64,000 bases of DNA from Christensenellales bacterium (GTDB lineage Bacteria > Bacillota > Clostridia > Christensenellales > CAG-917): NCBI GenBank assembly GCA_045130665.1, contig JBGUQC010000004.1:275671-339670 (forward strand), given 5' to 3'. Under the pieces are notes generated by a model that worked only from the letters and a program-made list of their open reading frames with translations, ran no database searches and was not told the origin of the DNA. The translations under genes and the position numbers were made by a program. Of the stretch, positions 63,276 to 64,000 are shown piece by piece (position 1 is the first letter of the stretch; every line of letters starts with the position of its first letter).

Positions 63276-64000
63276 CTATATAAACATTATCATATAAATT
63301 GGATATGTGTATAAGTTTCCATCCTTGCTAACTTTATTCTTATTTGTGAAGGTTACACCTCTTTTTACAGTTTCTGGATCTTGAACAAATTTTAGAATTG
63401 CTCTTAAAAGATTCAATGTATTACCAGATCTAACCTCAACTGGCATAACACATCTTTCGTTGTAATCATCTAAGATGAAGTCTACATAACCAACACCTTT
63501 TCTGTCATAGTAGAATAAGTTATGTCCATGTGCAGCTAATTCTGTTGCAACTGCTGTTTCATAAAGTGAACCTAATCCATTACCTTTTTCTTTATTTAAG
63601 ATATCCATTATATTCTTTGAATATAAAATACTGGATAAAATACCAACATCATTGTAATAGAGCTTAATTAAATTCTTTGCAGATGTGGATAATAATGGGA
63701 AGAAAGGATCTGATACAGCAAGAGAACCTAAAGTAATATTTGAAGCAAGAAGATAGTCTAAATCTTTCATGTAATTTGTAAGCATAACACCCTTCTTGTT
63801 GTTAACCTTGTTTGCTTGGATTCTCTTTACTTTTTCTCCCATATGCTCTGGTAAAGAATTATATATTGCAGAGATTTTAAATCTCTTTCTATTGTTTTCG
63901 TATCTATAAATATCTTCCAAATAAAGATTTTTTACATATTCTTGATATTCTCTTACCTTGAAAACATTTTGTTCATTGACAAATGCATCTACAGCATATG
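63276..64000 (-). CDS. AAA_14 ATPase + DUF4143 protein, C-terminal part; 5' end lies beyond the window
   Basis: The frame stays open upstream of the track start (YAVDAFVNEQNVFKVREYQ..LYLEDIYRY); KLYYNDVGIL, GSLYETAV, VDFI..PVEVRSG. Confidence 0.85.
   Translation of the reverse strand, partial: YAVDAFVNEQNVFKVREYQEYVKNLYLEDIYRYENNRKRFKISAIYNSLPEHMGEKVKRIQANKVNNKKGVMLTNYMKDLDYLLASNITLGSLAVSDPFFPLLSTSAKNLIKLYYNDVGILSSILYSKNIMDILNKEKGNGLGSLYETAVATELAAHGHNLFYYDRKGVGYVDFILDDYNERCVMPVEVRSGNTLNLLRAILKFVQDPETVKRGVTFTNKNKVSKDGNLYTYPIYMIMFI

Overview
AT-rich chromosomal segment of a low-GC Firmicute (Clostridia-like, inferred from AddAB, a CIRCE element, an L20 leader, a THF riboswitch and SigA-type promoters). 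It is mostly core genes: parEC-like type IIA topoisomerase, degV-apbE-NusG-II-Gx operon, proA-iscS, thrS, infC-rpmI-rplT-trmH-yebC, dnaG-rpoD-trmK-nif3-Zn ribbon with an appended GH2 beta-galactosidase, ppdK, addBA, galK-lgt-pncB, galT, dCMP deaminase-dnaX-ybaB-recR, groESL, regulator-potABCD and a THF-riboswitch-led folC-folE-folP-folBK operon. Accessory content is small: a standalone membrane-anchored HNH nuclease, a decayed AbiE-type toxin-antitoxin islet after groEL, several orphan lipoproteins and a DUF4143 ATPase. I found no CRISPR array, integrase, transposase, tRNA or rRNA. The most unusual signals are the TM-HNH nuclease, tandem NrdR-like boxes upstream of parEC, a T-box-less thrS leader with a tRNA-Thr anticodon-like hairpin, shared EAPxE acidic tails on unrelated proteins, a flavinylation module with no target coupled to degV behind a perfect operator, and near-leaderless lipoprotein and addB mRNAs. 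All protein assignments come from motif recognition by eye, not database searches.
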